In this document: positions 1 through 12,093 of the stretch, piece by piece
Numbering within the stretch: position 1 is the stretch's first letter
How the letters are laid out: each line of letters begins with the position of its first letter
From: Marsupella aquatica
Taxonomy: Eukaryota; Plantae; Marchantiophyta
DNA length: 64,000 nucleotides
Direction of reading: 5' to 3'
Assembly: GCA_973895155.1 (NCBI GenBank)
Contig: OZ316891.1
Coordinates: 22,333,168-22,397,167, forward strand
The notes under the pieces: generated by a model
Database searches by the model: none
Seen by the model: only the letters and a program-made list of their open reading frames with translations
Told to the model about the DNA's origin: nothing
Position numbers and translations under genes: made by a program

Positions 1-2063
1 TATCTAACCATTCTTTCTCCTGAATTATATTCAGTTTAGGGTATCTAAATAGGAAGGTGGAAGTTCAATGCTTCGCCTGCACTTGTTCTTATCATTTGGA
101 AAAGAACACTCCAATTTGCGAGCACAATGTTTCCTTACAATTTCCTTGTTTAGTGGTGTGTACTGAAATCTCGCGTTCTTTTATTACACAATTGACGCTC
201 CCGGTTGTGCCAAAGCCCTTCCCTAACACCCCTCATCCCAAACACACAAACTCTGATAAGGTCATTAAGATCCGTGCCGATCATGACTCGTTCTTCTTTC
301 GTGGACACATCACAACAGGTTCTGGATGCATGACGCACCTACCGACTACGGGTATTGATATTTGAATCTGAGTGCAAGGAGCAAGGTATTACTAAAATCA
401 CTCGTAGATAAATGATGGCTTGGGAGAGAATCTTGACAATCCCAGTGTACTGTTCTTTCTCACTCTGAACTTGACGTTTTAGAAAAGCCAGAGTTTGCAC
501 CACCTATTCAAGCTTTCGATTAAAAGCACACTTGGAACCAGTGTACGAGGTCTCAGTCTCTAATCTCCCTAAATGGAGGAATCGATTTCACTTATAGAAT
601 GAATGAACGTCCAGAACTACATATAGGAGCGCTGAGGTTCACATACGTTTGTGAATTGGTTTCCTATATATTGGCCATGGGAGTGCTTTGGGAATTGGTT
701 GTGGTGATCTCGATTTGACCTCTCCCCCAGTACAGATAGGATTTTCCTATTGGTAGAATTAAGCGTCAGGGTCATTGTTTCAAATTCTCATTTCCCATTT
801 CCTTGTAGATCGGTTTTGGGTGATCAACATGGAAGGGAAACTGTTAAGGTAACCTGAGAAGTCCCCAAGACAAGGCTTTAGATATGATTTGGTTCTTCAG
901 TTCTTCCATTACTTTGTATTTCATTGCTACAGAGACGAGAACATGGCATGCTGTACGGATTTGGATGTAACATGTGAGATATCTAATCATCGTGCGTGCT
1001 GTACTATAACATTAAGCTTACGCTGATGACATTCAGCCTTATGGCCAAGTTGTTAGGTTGTCCTGTCCCACACCGATAGTGTTTGGCAAATTGTAGCCGA
1101 CTTACGCTGGAGTAGTCTAATCGTCGGGAAATACGTGTGCTGCAGGACGTGGTGATTCGACAAATTCATAGCTTCTTCTTTTGTGTCATCGCTGTCATGA
1201 ATACCAAACTGAACGTGGCTCCTTGGTCTCCAGTCCATTGCCCTCCAAAGGATACATATGCAATACACCATCCCAGTTGATGCGGTTACAGAAGCCAGGC
1301 AATGGAATGAGGTCCAGAACACTTAATCATCAACACGCATGCTCGACACGTCAACGGACGACTTATTAATCCAAGTCTTACAATATTTGGAAGATTTTCC
1401 CTTGAGAACTGTGTTCCGCGACACTTCTGGATAGGCAATAGCTCCAGATTCGAATTTTACTTCAATGTATCTCAACAATATCAGAAATTGCCTGGAATAA
1501 ATTAACCCATCTGGGTTGCTTTCTCGGACATGAGCTCCCACCAGACCCATCTCCATCACTATCTCTTATCAAAAATCAATTTACAGTACAGAGCAACTAC
1601 AACGCCAATCAGAACTTTCTAATTTTACAAGTCTCGTTACAGCGCCAATAAGAATGTTGACTACCTTGAAGTCCCTAAAGAACCAAAACTTCAACCTACT
1701 CGTGGAAATGACTGCCTAGACTGGGATCAAAACTGTTGTGGGAGGTTTAGCGACAGGATCATGGTGCAGTTCATAACAATTGTGCACCAGATCAATGGTC
1801 ATTCTCTCAGTGCGCATGGGATGTTACACAAGCCCAAAGTAATCTGTATCTCTAAGGTCTGCAAAGAACCTGAGCCGAAACCAGTTGGTTGACATTTCAG
1901 AAGAGCCCACAGTGGACCAGATACTATGCCACATATTCACATGACCATTTTCTGACCCAAAACCCACCACGTGATAATTTGAAAAGCATCCCCGTAGAAT
2001 CAGTTACACCATCAGGAGAAACACTGCACCAGTACATGCACGAAGGATACAGCGGCACTCGTG

Positions 2064-5000
2064 CTAAATCCCTTTGATTTTGCAGTAAGCATAGAGGCCC
2101 GACCCCAAGAACCCAAGGAACTGGCCGAGTACATTTAACTGGAAGAAACACAGAAGAGATTAACAATAGGGTGTGATTTATAGAATACAGCCAAATATAT
2201 CCCCCAATAAGACACCGTTGGAAAAAAACAAGAAACTGAGACTAGAAGACGACTGGTACATAGACAACGGGTCGGTCTTCAATGCTTAAAAGTCTTACTT
2301 TTCCCAATACCCAATATCACGCATTCGTAACTTACCCAATCAAACGGCAAACCACCAAACCATACCCAACCAATGAGAATAGTTCCAAAGTCCTGTATTA
2401 CGAGATTGGAATTGTCATCAGAATACTAATAAACTAGAACTTTCCGAAAACATATATATGTGCTGCATACCATACAACATGTAAACCACAGATCCTACAG
2501 CTGGATTTCTATCGACTCCACAGACATTCAGGGACGAACTTTTTTACCTTAAGGTTTCCACACATGGTTTGCGTAAGCGGGGAGTTGAGAGATGTGTTAA
2601 GGAAAATGGTGTAGTTGAGGGCAAATGCCATCATGCAAGACAAAAGTATGACCAGCTGCAAACAAAGCCAAGAGGTTAACTCCAAATCGAAACAAGCATT
2701 CGTGGTGGAATCCTGAGTAATGTAAAACCTAACTAGAGTACTTTCTCTCACCTGAAATCCTGGTAAGAACACAGCTGGGAACCGCAACGCCATACCAAGC
2801 TCACCGCTGATCATAGTCCATAGAAGTAAAATGGGTCCACAGATTATCCCTGGAAGCATGAAAATGTCAAGACTTTGCTGCAGTGGATGTCTGCCTTAGT
2901 AATGGAACCTGGCGATGCTCCAAGCAAATATACTATTTGAGAACCCTCACGAGAATGGGTACCTACCATTGCACCACATGAGACCAAAACTGTTCAGCCC
3001 TGTAGTCTTCCCTGTCAGAATCAATTGAAGTGCAAAATCAGCCACTGATGCTTGCACAATTAGCAAAGTTGATGCATTTCAATAAGAAATTGCCACGGAA
3101 ATCTTGAGGACACGAAAAACAATTGCTTTGGGACAGAATGGCTACACAACCTACCAAGACGTGAGATAGTGGTCAGGTACATGGCCGTCGTTAAGTTGGA
3201 AACGAGAACTAGCAAATATCCGTGTGCATCAAACGATAGATCTCTGGCCCCAGCAATGAAGGCTCCCAAAACAATGAAACCTACACTGCGAAATTGACGA
3301 AAGCAAAAGGTTGGTATTAATCCTTCCGGACATGAAATTTCTTCTCAAAATTTGCACGTCTATTGAACATGGAACGTCAATACTCAAACATAATCCATCG
3401 GGACACTGTAAATTTCTGTGAGGACGAAAGTGCTTGCCTGAAATGGACTGGGCTGTGAATTGTAAACTAATTAAAGGCAAGGGTTAAACGGCGACCCCAA
3501 CCTGGACACGATCGGCATGGAATGCTTTTGGCCAGTGAGGAAGTATTCGAGGACCATAGTTAATAGTACAGTTGTGCGTCGGAGGGTTGTGTACATGGGC
3601 ACATTCACTCCTCGTATTGAGGCCATGCCTACAACCTGATGATGAGAGGTTTGTAAGCAAAATTAGACTTTCTGTTGAAAATCATATATCCAGAGTTGAG
3701 CGAAAAAGGAAACTGCTCAATTCTGGTATTACGCCGACAAATTGAAGTGATTATAGTTCGGCATCAATGGAAGCTCACCATATAAAATAAATAGGACAGC
3801 GAGAGCGGAGCAGTTTTCTGGAGGATTCGGAATGGTACAAAGCCATCCCCAGATGAATCGATGATTCCAGTTCCCTCGTTTGAAAAATTGATTATGTCCA
3901 TTTTCCTCAAGACGTAGAGTAGGGCGGTTGAGCACACCATCTGCTCGTAACCATTGCAGTGCAGGATCCGTCAGGAAAAGAAGTACTACTATTGCGCACG
4001 TTAGATCATGGAAAATTGATAATCACATTTCAAGAGGTGCAATTTGTTTGTTACGGCCGCATTCCTGGAAATTACCTGGAGAACTGTGATGATATTGGCG
4101 CAGGGGAACTTGTAGGAAGAGAGTGCCGACTTGTTGAACATCACGAGCATGACTGAAAACAATCGCAGAGCTAAAGGTCAGAGTGCGACCGCGAGCAAAT
4201 AAACGGCACAGTTTCAAAAATGAGATTATCGCCAGACTGACAGAGCCGATAGTAGACTTAGCCTCCAAGAAACCGAGACCATGGCTCCTTCCTCTTCTCT
4301 CGACCAAACCCTCCTCTCTAAATTTAAAATTATTCATCTTCTCTTCCAATCCAGCACGCCTCTGCTCCCCCAATTCATTATCACTCCTTTTCTCCTCCAT
4401 CCCTCTTGCTCCCCAAATTCAATATCATTTCTCTACTGCTTTGCTCCTCTCGTCACCCGAGACAATAATATTCCTCGCACCTTCCATCCCCAACGCCCTC
4501 CTCCCCAATTCAGTGTCATTCTTCTAATAATCAACGCCCACTAAACCCTTAAAAGTCTCCTCTTCACGCCCAACCCAACGTTCCTCGTATCCCCCTCTTC
4601 TGCATCGGTTCAAAATTGAGCTTTCGGCTTTCCATGGAAGACCCTGGACCAAGATTTCATTAAACGCTGGTCCTCAGCCTCATGCACGTTCTTAAGGTCC
4701 GGATTCCACAACTGGAGCGAAAGAGGAAATAATTCGCTAGTTGACCATGTCTTCGTCCCACCAATTCAAATCAGGACGAAGAAGAAGCTCCGACGAGGCA
4801 GTCAATCACACACATTCTCAAATTCTGTTCTCGCAAAATACCTGCGCAGCCCATGTACGCCAAGGCGACGATGGCTCCCTGCCTGGTCATCCGTGAGCTC
4901 TTATTCTTCTGCTCTTCTCTGGGCACACCCACCGCCGGAGGGGTGCTGATCGGCACGGCCACATCCTTCTTGAAATTCATCTCTTCTAATGGCCAGGCTG

Positions 5001-5523
5001 CGGGCAACGATGCTCGACTCCTCCTGCTGCTTGATGCCTTGTCCGGAGACAGAAAATAGTCAGAGCTCGAGCTCCAGCTCCAGCTCCCGCTCAAGCTCCC
5101 TTTCTCATGAGGAGGAGGAGGACGACGCCGAGACGGAGTCCAACGTGATGCCCAAATCTGAGTCCGAGTCCGAATCTGAATCCAAGATTTGCCCACCAAG
5201 TCTACGGTCGAATGTGGGCCGGGACAAAGAGGTCGAGGTCGAGGTCGAGTCCAAGGTCGAGTCCAAGCTATGCCGCCGTCTCCGACGATGCGATGATGGC
5301 GGTCGGCTCGTCGTCCCCATACGCTAGAGTTGCAGGTCGTGCTGATGCGGAATTGCGACGTAGCAGGTACGAGCTTGACTACTAGAGATTGACCAGTGAA
5401 GCGAATTGAAGAGCAGGAAAAGCAGGAGCGAGGGGCTTGAGGCCCAGCGGAAGCAGAAGCGGAAGCGGAAGAAGCTGGAGCACGCTGCAAGTGCAAATGC
5501 GAATGCAATCGCAGCGTCGCCAT
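2064..5523 (-). CDS. Nucleotide-sugar transporter (SLC35D/TPT superfamily; UGNT1/UTr7-like), 10 exons
   Basis: Exons 5523(or 4980)-4842, 4152-4076, 3940-3779, 3635-3502, 3285-3155, 3011-2967, 2849-2752, 2655-2548, 2392-2336, 2138-2064. All introns are GT-AG and frame-consistent (341 aa from ATG 4980; 522 aa from ATG 5523). Motifs LVMFNKSALSSYKFP, GVNVPMYTTLRRTT, GARDLSFD, GLNSFGLMWCNG, LTQTMCGNLKD and GSGLYAYCKIKGI* match the plant UGNT1/UTr7 family. The start codon is uncertain. Confidence 0.92.
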
Positions 5524-7004
5524 TGTGCGATGCCGCCGCGGCGTGCCGCCATGGCCGGCCCCTCTTCGCCCTTCGATATTGGCTCGCGAGCAATTCGTCT
5601 ATTCCCCTGCTCTGCGCCTCGACTGGCTGGACCTTGGCTTGCCCGGTCCCTTCCCTGTTCCCTCGTCCCTTGGTCCCTCGTCCCTTGATCCCTCGTCCCG
5701 TGGTCCCAAGGCCCAGCTACTGTACTTCCTTCGCCCTGGGTAATTTTGAGCGTTTTTTCTTGTCTCATTTGTGCTAAGTTACTCCAAGCTAATTTAAATT
5801 CCTAAGGTGCCCCTTTGTATATGTATGTCTGTAGAAGTATATAGTGTGGCTACTGTAGCTTTCAAGGTTTGTCCTTTTATGTGTGGTTCTCTTGCTGCAA
5901 ACTAATTTAATTCATGTGGTGCCCCCATGTAGTATAAGTATACAATTGCAACTGTCTTTAGACATAATTCAAAACTAAGAGTACGGACAAAAAACAAGGA
6001 TGGGGGGCATAACTGAAAGTGAGGGTACATACAGTAAACAGGGATGGGGCAAAGATGAATGACAAATAGTAAGGAATCTTTCTTTTGCAATGATTGTTTT
6101 TACACCTTTATTTACAGAAGGAACAGGTGAATAGGCTTATCACCCTAAGCCTTTCCTTGCCCGGTCCATCCCCTGTTCCCTTGGTTGACTAACGTAAGTC
6201 CTTAGCTGGACATTTATAAGGTTTTGCCTCTTTGGTCGTGTACTAAGTCAGTATAAACTAATTTAATTTGTAAGGTGCCCCCATGGATGAAAATTAATCT
6301 TAGCTGCACATTCCAGCTATTTCAGTTGTTTATGGCAGTCCTATTCCCAGCAAGGGGGCAATTTAGTAATTATATCAGTTTAGGTTCCCTGGTCCCTTAG
6401 TCCCATGGGTAAATTTGAAGGTTTCATATCGGTTTGTTTCTAAATTACAACCAAAACTGGAAAGTAGTGCTGGATGGACCACTCTCATCAACCGTGCAAC
6501 CCTTATGGAGAAAGGAAACCCCCCAAAAAATCAGATTTCAGTGTTCCATAGGATTTGCTCTCTTTACTATGTGTGAACACTGCAAGCATCTTTGTGTCCC
6601 TGTTAAGCATCTTTGTGTCCCTGTTTCATCTGCTCCCTTGTTCCGTGTGGACCCTGCATCTGCATCTGCATCTTTGTTTGTTTTATTCTCATTTCAAAGT
6701 AGGGGACCTCAGGGTCAAAAAGTTTCTGGTCCTTGTCCTTGGTTCTCCACTTTGTTTGGCACAATCCCTGTCTCACATAGGTTGTTCCACAAATTCTCCC
6801 TCTATACATTAGTAACATTGGTGAAGTTGAGAGCCAGAAAATTAAGGACTGCCTGGCCCTTAATTTGTCCAAGCTAATCCCCTCCTTCCTAGTATAAGGG
6901 ACATTGGGCTGGCCAGGGCCTACGAGGGTCAAATCCATGCAGGGACACATTGGGCTGGGCAGGGCCTTGGATGTATCTTTCCCTTAATTAACATCTTTTT
7001 ACTA

Positions 7005-8073
7005 GGTTTACCCCCCAACTAGGCATAATTACAATGCTGACCCCCAAACTATTTTATTATCATACTGCCCCCCAAACACTTTACGGGTGTACATAACCAT
7101 ATTCCTACCCAAGTGTGCATGTGATTGGCCCTCCGTCAACCCAGGTGGGTTAGCCTAACCCTCCATCGCTCCCCCTGGTAGCCCATGAGCCCCTGCAAAA
7201 CATCCTGTGAGCTGCTTCCCAAGCAGGCATCATGCACCCCCATTTTTCTTTCAAAATAAGTGCAGAAGGGTCAAAAGTTGAGTGCTTCACACTCGGACTG
7301 ACTTGCTGCTGTCAATGACTTTGCATCCATAACTTGAACATTTGTTTGCACTCTTTGGAAGCAGCTCGTGGGGTGCTCACAGGCAACGTAAGGGTGCAGC
7401 AACCAGAGAGGAGCAATGTTGGTTAGGCTAACGCACTTGGGTCAATGGAGGCCCAATCACATGCTACCTTGGGCCGCCAGAGTACACCCACATACCATTT
7501 TAGGGGGCAGTATGACAAAAAATAAAATAGTTTGGGGGTCTGGATAATAGTTGTAATAATGGCAAGTTTGGGGATCAGGATTAAGTTATAATAAAGCCCA
7601 GTTTGGGGCTCAGGATTATTAAGTTATAATGAAGCCCAGTTTTGGGGCTCAGGATTATTAAGTTATAATGAAGCCCAGTTTGGGGCTCAGGATTATTAAG
7701 TTATAATGAAGCCCAGTTTTGGGGCTGGGGCTCAGGATTATTAAGTTATAATAAAGCCCAGTTTGGGGCTCAGGATTAAGTTCCAATGAAGCCCAGTTTG
7801 GGGGTAACCTACAGTAGTTGTAATAATGGCAAGTTTGGGGCTCAGGATTATTAAGTTATAATGAAGCCCAGTTTTGGGGCTCAGGATTATTAAGTTATAA
7901 TGAAGCCCAGTTTTGGGGCGCAGGATTATTAAGTTATAATGAAGCCCAGTTTGGGGCTCAGGATTATTAAGTTATAATGAAGCCCAGTTTGGGGCTCAGG
8001 ATTATTAAGTTATAATAAAGCCCAGTTTGGGGCTCAGGATTAAGTTCCAATGAAGCCCAGTTTGGGGGTAACC
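7005..8073. mobile_element. Non-autonomous foldback/MITE-like DNA transposon with long TIRs and an amplified right terminus
   Basis: Left end TA|GGTTTACCCCCCAACT...CCCCCAAACTATTTTATT; right ends ...AGTTTGGGGGTAACC|TA at 7809 and 8073. Internal inverted match: gcatgtgattggccctcc...gggttagcctaacc (~7117-7160) versus ggttaggctaacgc...ggaggcccaatcacatgc (~7421-7464). TA flanks both ends. Confidence 0.75.
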
Positions 8074-8080
8074 TACAGTA
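7548..8080. repeat. Minisatellite of about 12 units of ~38-39 bp (AAGCCCAGTTTGGGGCTCAGGATTATTAAGTTATAATG) within a ~265 bp higher-order duplication
   Basis: Units read directly. The block tagttgtaataatggcaagtttgggg...gggggtaacctacagtag occurs twice (7548-7816 and 7815-8080). Confidence 0.95.
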
Positions 8081-8325
8081 GTAAAAAGCTGTTTCCCTTT
8101 ATCCTCGCATGCTGAGTGAGAGTGAGTTCGTTCGTGAGTACTCAGCAGAGCAGAACAGAGCAGAGCACAGGGTCGAGGAAAGCCAGAAGCCAATCCAAGC
8201 AAGAGCTCCGCCAACAGCGACGCCACCATCTCTGCGCAGCGCAGCAGCAGCTGGGTGTTTATCAGAGAAGGGGAGGAAGCTCCGAGAGAGGACGGAGAGG
8301 ACGCTGAGCGCTCGAAGCAACTACG

Positions 8326-10675
8326 ATGGCAATGGCGTCCTCGATAATCCACAGAGTCGTTGTGGGTGCAGCACTCTCTTCGGCGGCCACAGTTGCGAGC
8401 TCGTCGTCGTCGTCGTCTAGTTCTGCAGCTGAAGCTCGGCATGCGGGATTCGTGTCCATGTCGTGCTCTCTCAGAGCCCAGAGTGCTTCGCTTTCCAGCT
8501 CTCACTCCTTTTCCCCGTGCAAATTGTTGGGTCCGGGAGCCTGCTCGCCCTCGGGGCGGCAGCATCAGCAGCAGCAGCAGCCACGACACCACAGTGCGGT
8601 GTGCATGGTGCTTCCCACGGGGTAAGATGGTCTAGACTGCAACCCCATTGCTGCAGGATGAAAATGTGCTATGTGCTTCTGCTCAATAAATTTCACGAGA
8701 TTGCGTGCATGGGTTTTAGAGGGGCGCCACCCTTGGTACTAGAAATCAGCTTTCTCAAATTTGACTAGTCGAATGTTATGTGTGGCGGATTAGTTACTTC
8801 TGCATGGGTATGAACTCGAATGGACAAAACCCCTTTCAGTGCAGAAGAGGGCATTGATCATTTCTAAGAGAGATAACATGGATGACGACAGGAGTAAGTT
8901 GACGAATCCCGTGAGTTTTTTTGCGGGTACTTCTCTTCTTTGTTCGTCGTGGAGAGACTAATTCTGCCTTGAAAGGATTTTGAGTTTGTGTTTTCTCAAT
9001 GCAAAAGATGCTGAAGATATTAGTATGCATTGTCTTTACAGGAGCCCCGTTAAGGAAGGGCAGGCAACAGGTTTACAAGGGCTTGCGAAGTAAGGTCCTA
9101 CTGTGTGTTGGTCTCCCTTCATTTCGTAAATCCGCAGGGGTTTGGATTTGTAAAGTGTTAGGGTTTCAGACGTCAAATTCTGATGTATGTACGGCTGTTT
9201 TGTGAATTTGTTTCTAGATAACGTTCAGCTGACGATGTTAAGGTTTTGCAAAATTCCATGCCACTTTCTTGTTTGGTGTTGTACCTCTCGCTTATCTCGT
9301 GCAAGCTTTTGGAGGTTTTTGGAGTCGTTTATTACTTCGTCAGTGCTTGATGCTTTCCAACTTGACTACCAGGTGGTCATCTCGAGCAATCAAGTCTTTC
9401 AGTATGGCAGAATTAGAAGCCCGCAAGCTGAAGTACCCTACAACAGGGACCGAATCACTCCTCATGGGAATGCTTACAGAGGGTCAGCTGATACTCTCAA
9501 CTTTCTTCGAAGCTGTCCGTTAATTGTCGTTTAAGTACAACTGTCTTCAGAGTTCCACACGATGTTTTCTATCCGCATAGTCATGGCCAGACCTCAGAAA
9601 TTTTCAGAGAAGTAATTTCGTAGTTCTCACAGCATTTATGGGCAGGGACCAGCCATGCTTCGAGATTTTTGAGGAGAAATGGAGTGACTTTATTCGCGGT
9701 ACGTGATGAAACCGTAAAAATTCTCGGGAAGGCCGATATGTACTTTTTCAGCCCGGAACATCCACCACTTACCGAGCAGGCACAGAAAGCACTTGACTGG
9801 GCCATTGCAGAGAGGAACAAAAATGGTAAAGAGATTCTCAACGAGGACCATTCTCGTTGCTTTTAAAGACCTTTGCATTGGTTTCAAGTCCCAGGAAGTT
9901 GTCGTTCCAAATTAGATAATGTACATGTTGGGACGTGAATCGTGTTTGTTGATTTCAAGATCAATCTTGTCATATTGGATCTAAGAAGAAATTCTTGGCA
10001 ATAATTTTAGGTGGAGAGGAGGAGGTCACCACTTCGTACATGCTACTCGGAATCTGGGCTCAAAAAGGCTCTGCTGGGCAGAGGGTTTTGGAAGCTCTTG
10101 GGTTTGATGACAAAAAGGGTGAAGAACTTTTAGCTACTGTAAGTACCACTGTCGACTAGAGGGTCATAGGGTCTAGTTTTTAAAATTCCTCATCAATAAC
10201 ACTTAGGAGCGTTCTTGCAGCATTTAGGAGCTGTCCACATTGACTGTCACTACTGGGCACTACATCGCCGGTAGTCATGAAAGTGTGCCATGATGTGTTC
10301 AAATAAAGCTCTGTTGTCTGTGGGCCGCGATTCTTGGGGATGAAATACTTGCCCTCAAGGACAATGTCCTTGCCTACTTTTCGACTTGAGATTTATGGTT
10401 CTGGGTGGTTACGGGTGGATACGAAATTGTTCATGTCTGAATTGAACTTGCACCATCTGCTCTTAGTAGAGTGTGAAACGTCGTGTGACTCTCCTGCAGT
10501 AGCAAAGCGCGTCCCTACTACTGGAAATGCAAGGTAGAAAAGATGGGAAAAGGTTGGACAACTAATAATACCTGCAGATAATCTACTAGATGAATTTGTT
10601 TTTGAGGTGTCTGATTATAAAATGCAAATGACTGGATTGTGTTTGCAGGAGAAACAGCCAGTTGCTGTGAGCTAG
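8326..10675 (+). CDS. CLPT: Chloroplast Clp protease accessory subunit ClpT (double Clp-N motif protein), 6 exons
   Basis: Exons 8326-8621, 9042-9089, 9373-9482, 9646-9825, 10011-10138, 10649-10675 (262 aa). Ser/Ala-rich transit peptide, then KWSSRAIKSFSMAELEARKLKYPTTGTESLLMG and the ClpT-diagnostic GKADMYFFSPEHPPLTE. Confidence 0.93.
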
Positions 10676-12093
10676 ATCAAATGTTCTTGGCATTTTCTCT
10701 GCCATAGCTTAGAAATGTTAATCCGCAAGTTTTAACTTTACGCTGCCTCCTTTTCAGTGTACCAAATTCATTCTATTCCTTAGTGTCGAACGTGATGAAG
10801 CCTTTGGCAAATTTTTCAATCCGTGTCTATGTGGAATGAGGTTTCAACAAGGATCGATGAGGAGAGGACAAAAATCCAGATGGTCGGATTGGATGTTCAA
10901 CACAGATGCCCGTGAGATGGGATTGAGGCGGATGTCTTGTTTTTGTTTCAGGCTCAGAATAGGTGAAGGATAAGTAAACGACCTCATCAACGCCAAAGTT
11001 TTGTTCGCGAAATTCAAGAGACTAACTTGATATCTCAGTGATCAGTGAAACACTCTCAGTTCCATATCTCAGCTTGCCTCGCCTTGTCTTAGCAATGTCA
11101 CTGCAAAGCTATACTTATCATGTCTATAGAACAGAGCTCATTAACCACAGGAAGGAAGCGCTCACCTTGCCTCCTCAATGTGACTGCAAATCTATAATAA
11201 TCAGTGCCTTAGAAGAGGCTCCTTGATTACCTGTAAAAGGAGTGCTTCGGGCGGCATGGACGCACGCAATGATGTTCCCAATGAATAGGAACAGATTGTA
11301 GACACCATCCAACCCAAGTACTCTCAAAAGCAGCAAAGAGATGGTGGCCATTGAACTGAAGGTAAGGCTTCCTCGTCCTTCTAGTCAGTTTGCTATACTA
11401 TAAGAGACTCACGCTTCAGTGAAGCTTCGACAGTTCCATGATGCCAGTACAAAGACACATCAGTAATTTCCACTGCGAAAGGTAAAATTTGCACCTCATC
11501 TGGGTTTTGCTGGAAGAACCTTAGAGCGCCATAGTGGAACTGTATTCCTCGGTCTAAATACATTCACATCTAAGTTTGCAACGTGACATACTACACAGTA
11601 AAACCTCAGCGGCTTTCAACAAAAACAGACCACCTAAAACGTGCCTTTCAACACATTATTATATCCATAATCTTCCCGATTGCTTGTAGAAGATTCCAAC
11701 CGACATGCTATCAATTTTGGGCCAACAACTTCCAGGTTGTTCAGCACAGAGGTGTGTAGATTGCCATATATTATCGTTACATTTCTGATAAGTGGGAGTC
11801 CAACTGTCTTTTCTTCACATAATGTTGAGACCACTTCATCATTCGGACCCACCACTGCTCTTTACATCGCCGAACTGTGTCTGACAAACAATATAAAACC
11901 GTTCGTTCCAGTCTTGAAAAGGAAGCTAACAGATTTCCGCCAAAGGTTCTATCGAGAAGTGACCAATATCACTACTTATTAAACTGTAAGCTATTAGGCT
12001 TCATCAAAAAGCTTGCTCGTCGTCACTGAGTGTTGGCAGCCACTTCGAGAAAGTTTGCTCATGTTTGTCACGAAATGCGTTCAGCTTCTTCGT

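Noticed and set aside
7548-8080. CRISPR-like array of ~38 bp repeats
   Set aside because: Units are contiguous with no unique spacers, there are no cas genes, and the context is eukaryotic; it is a TIR-derived minisatellite.
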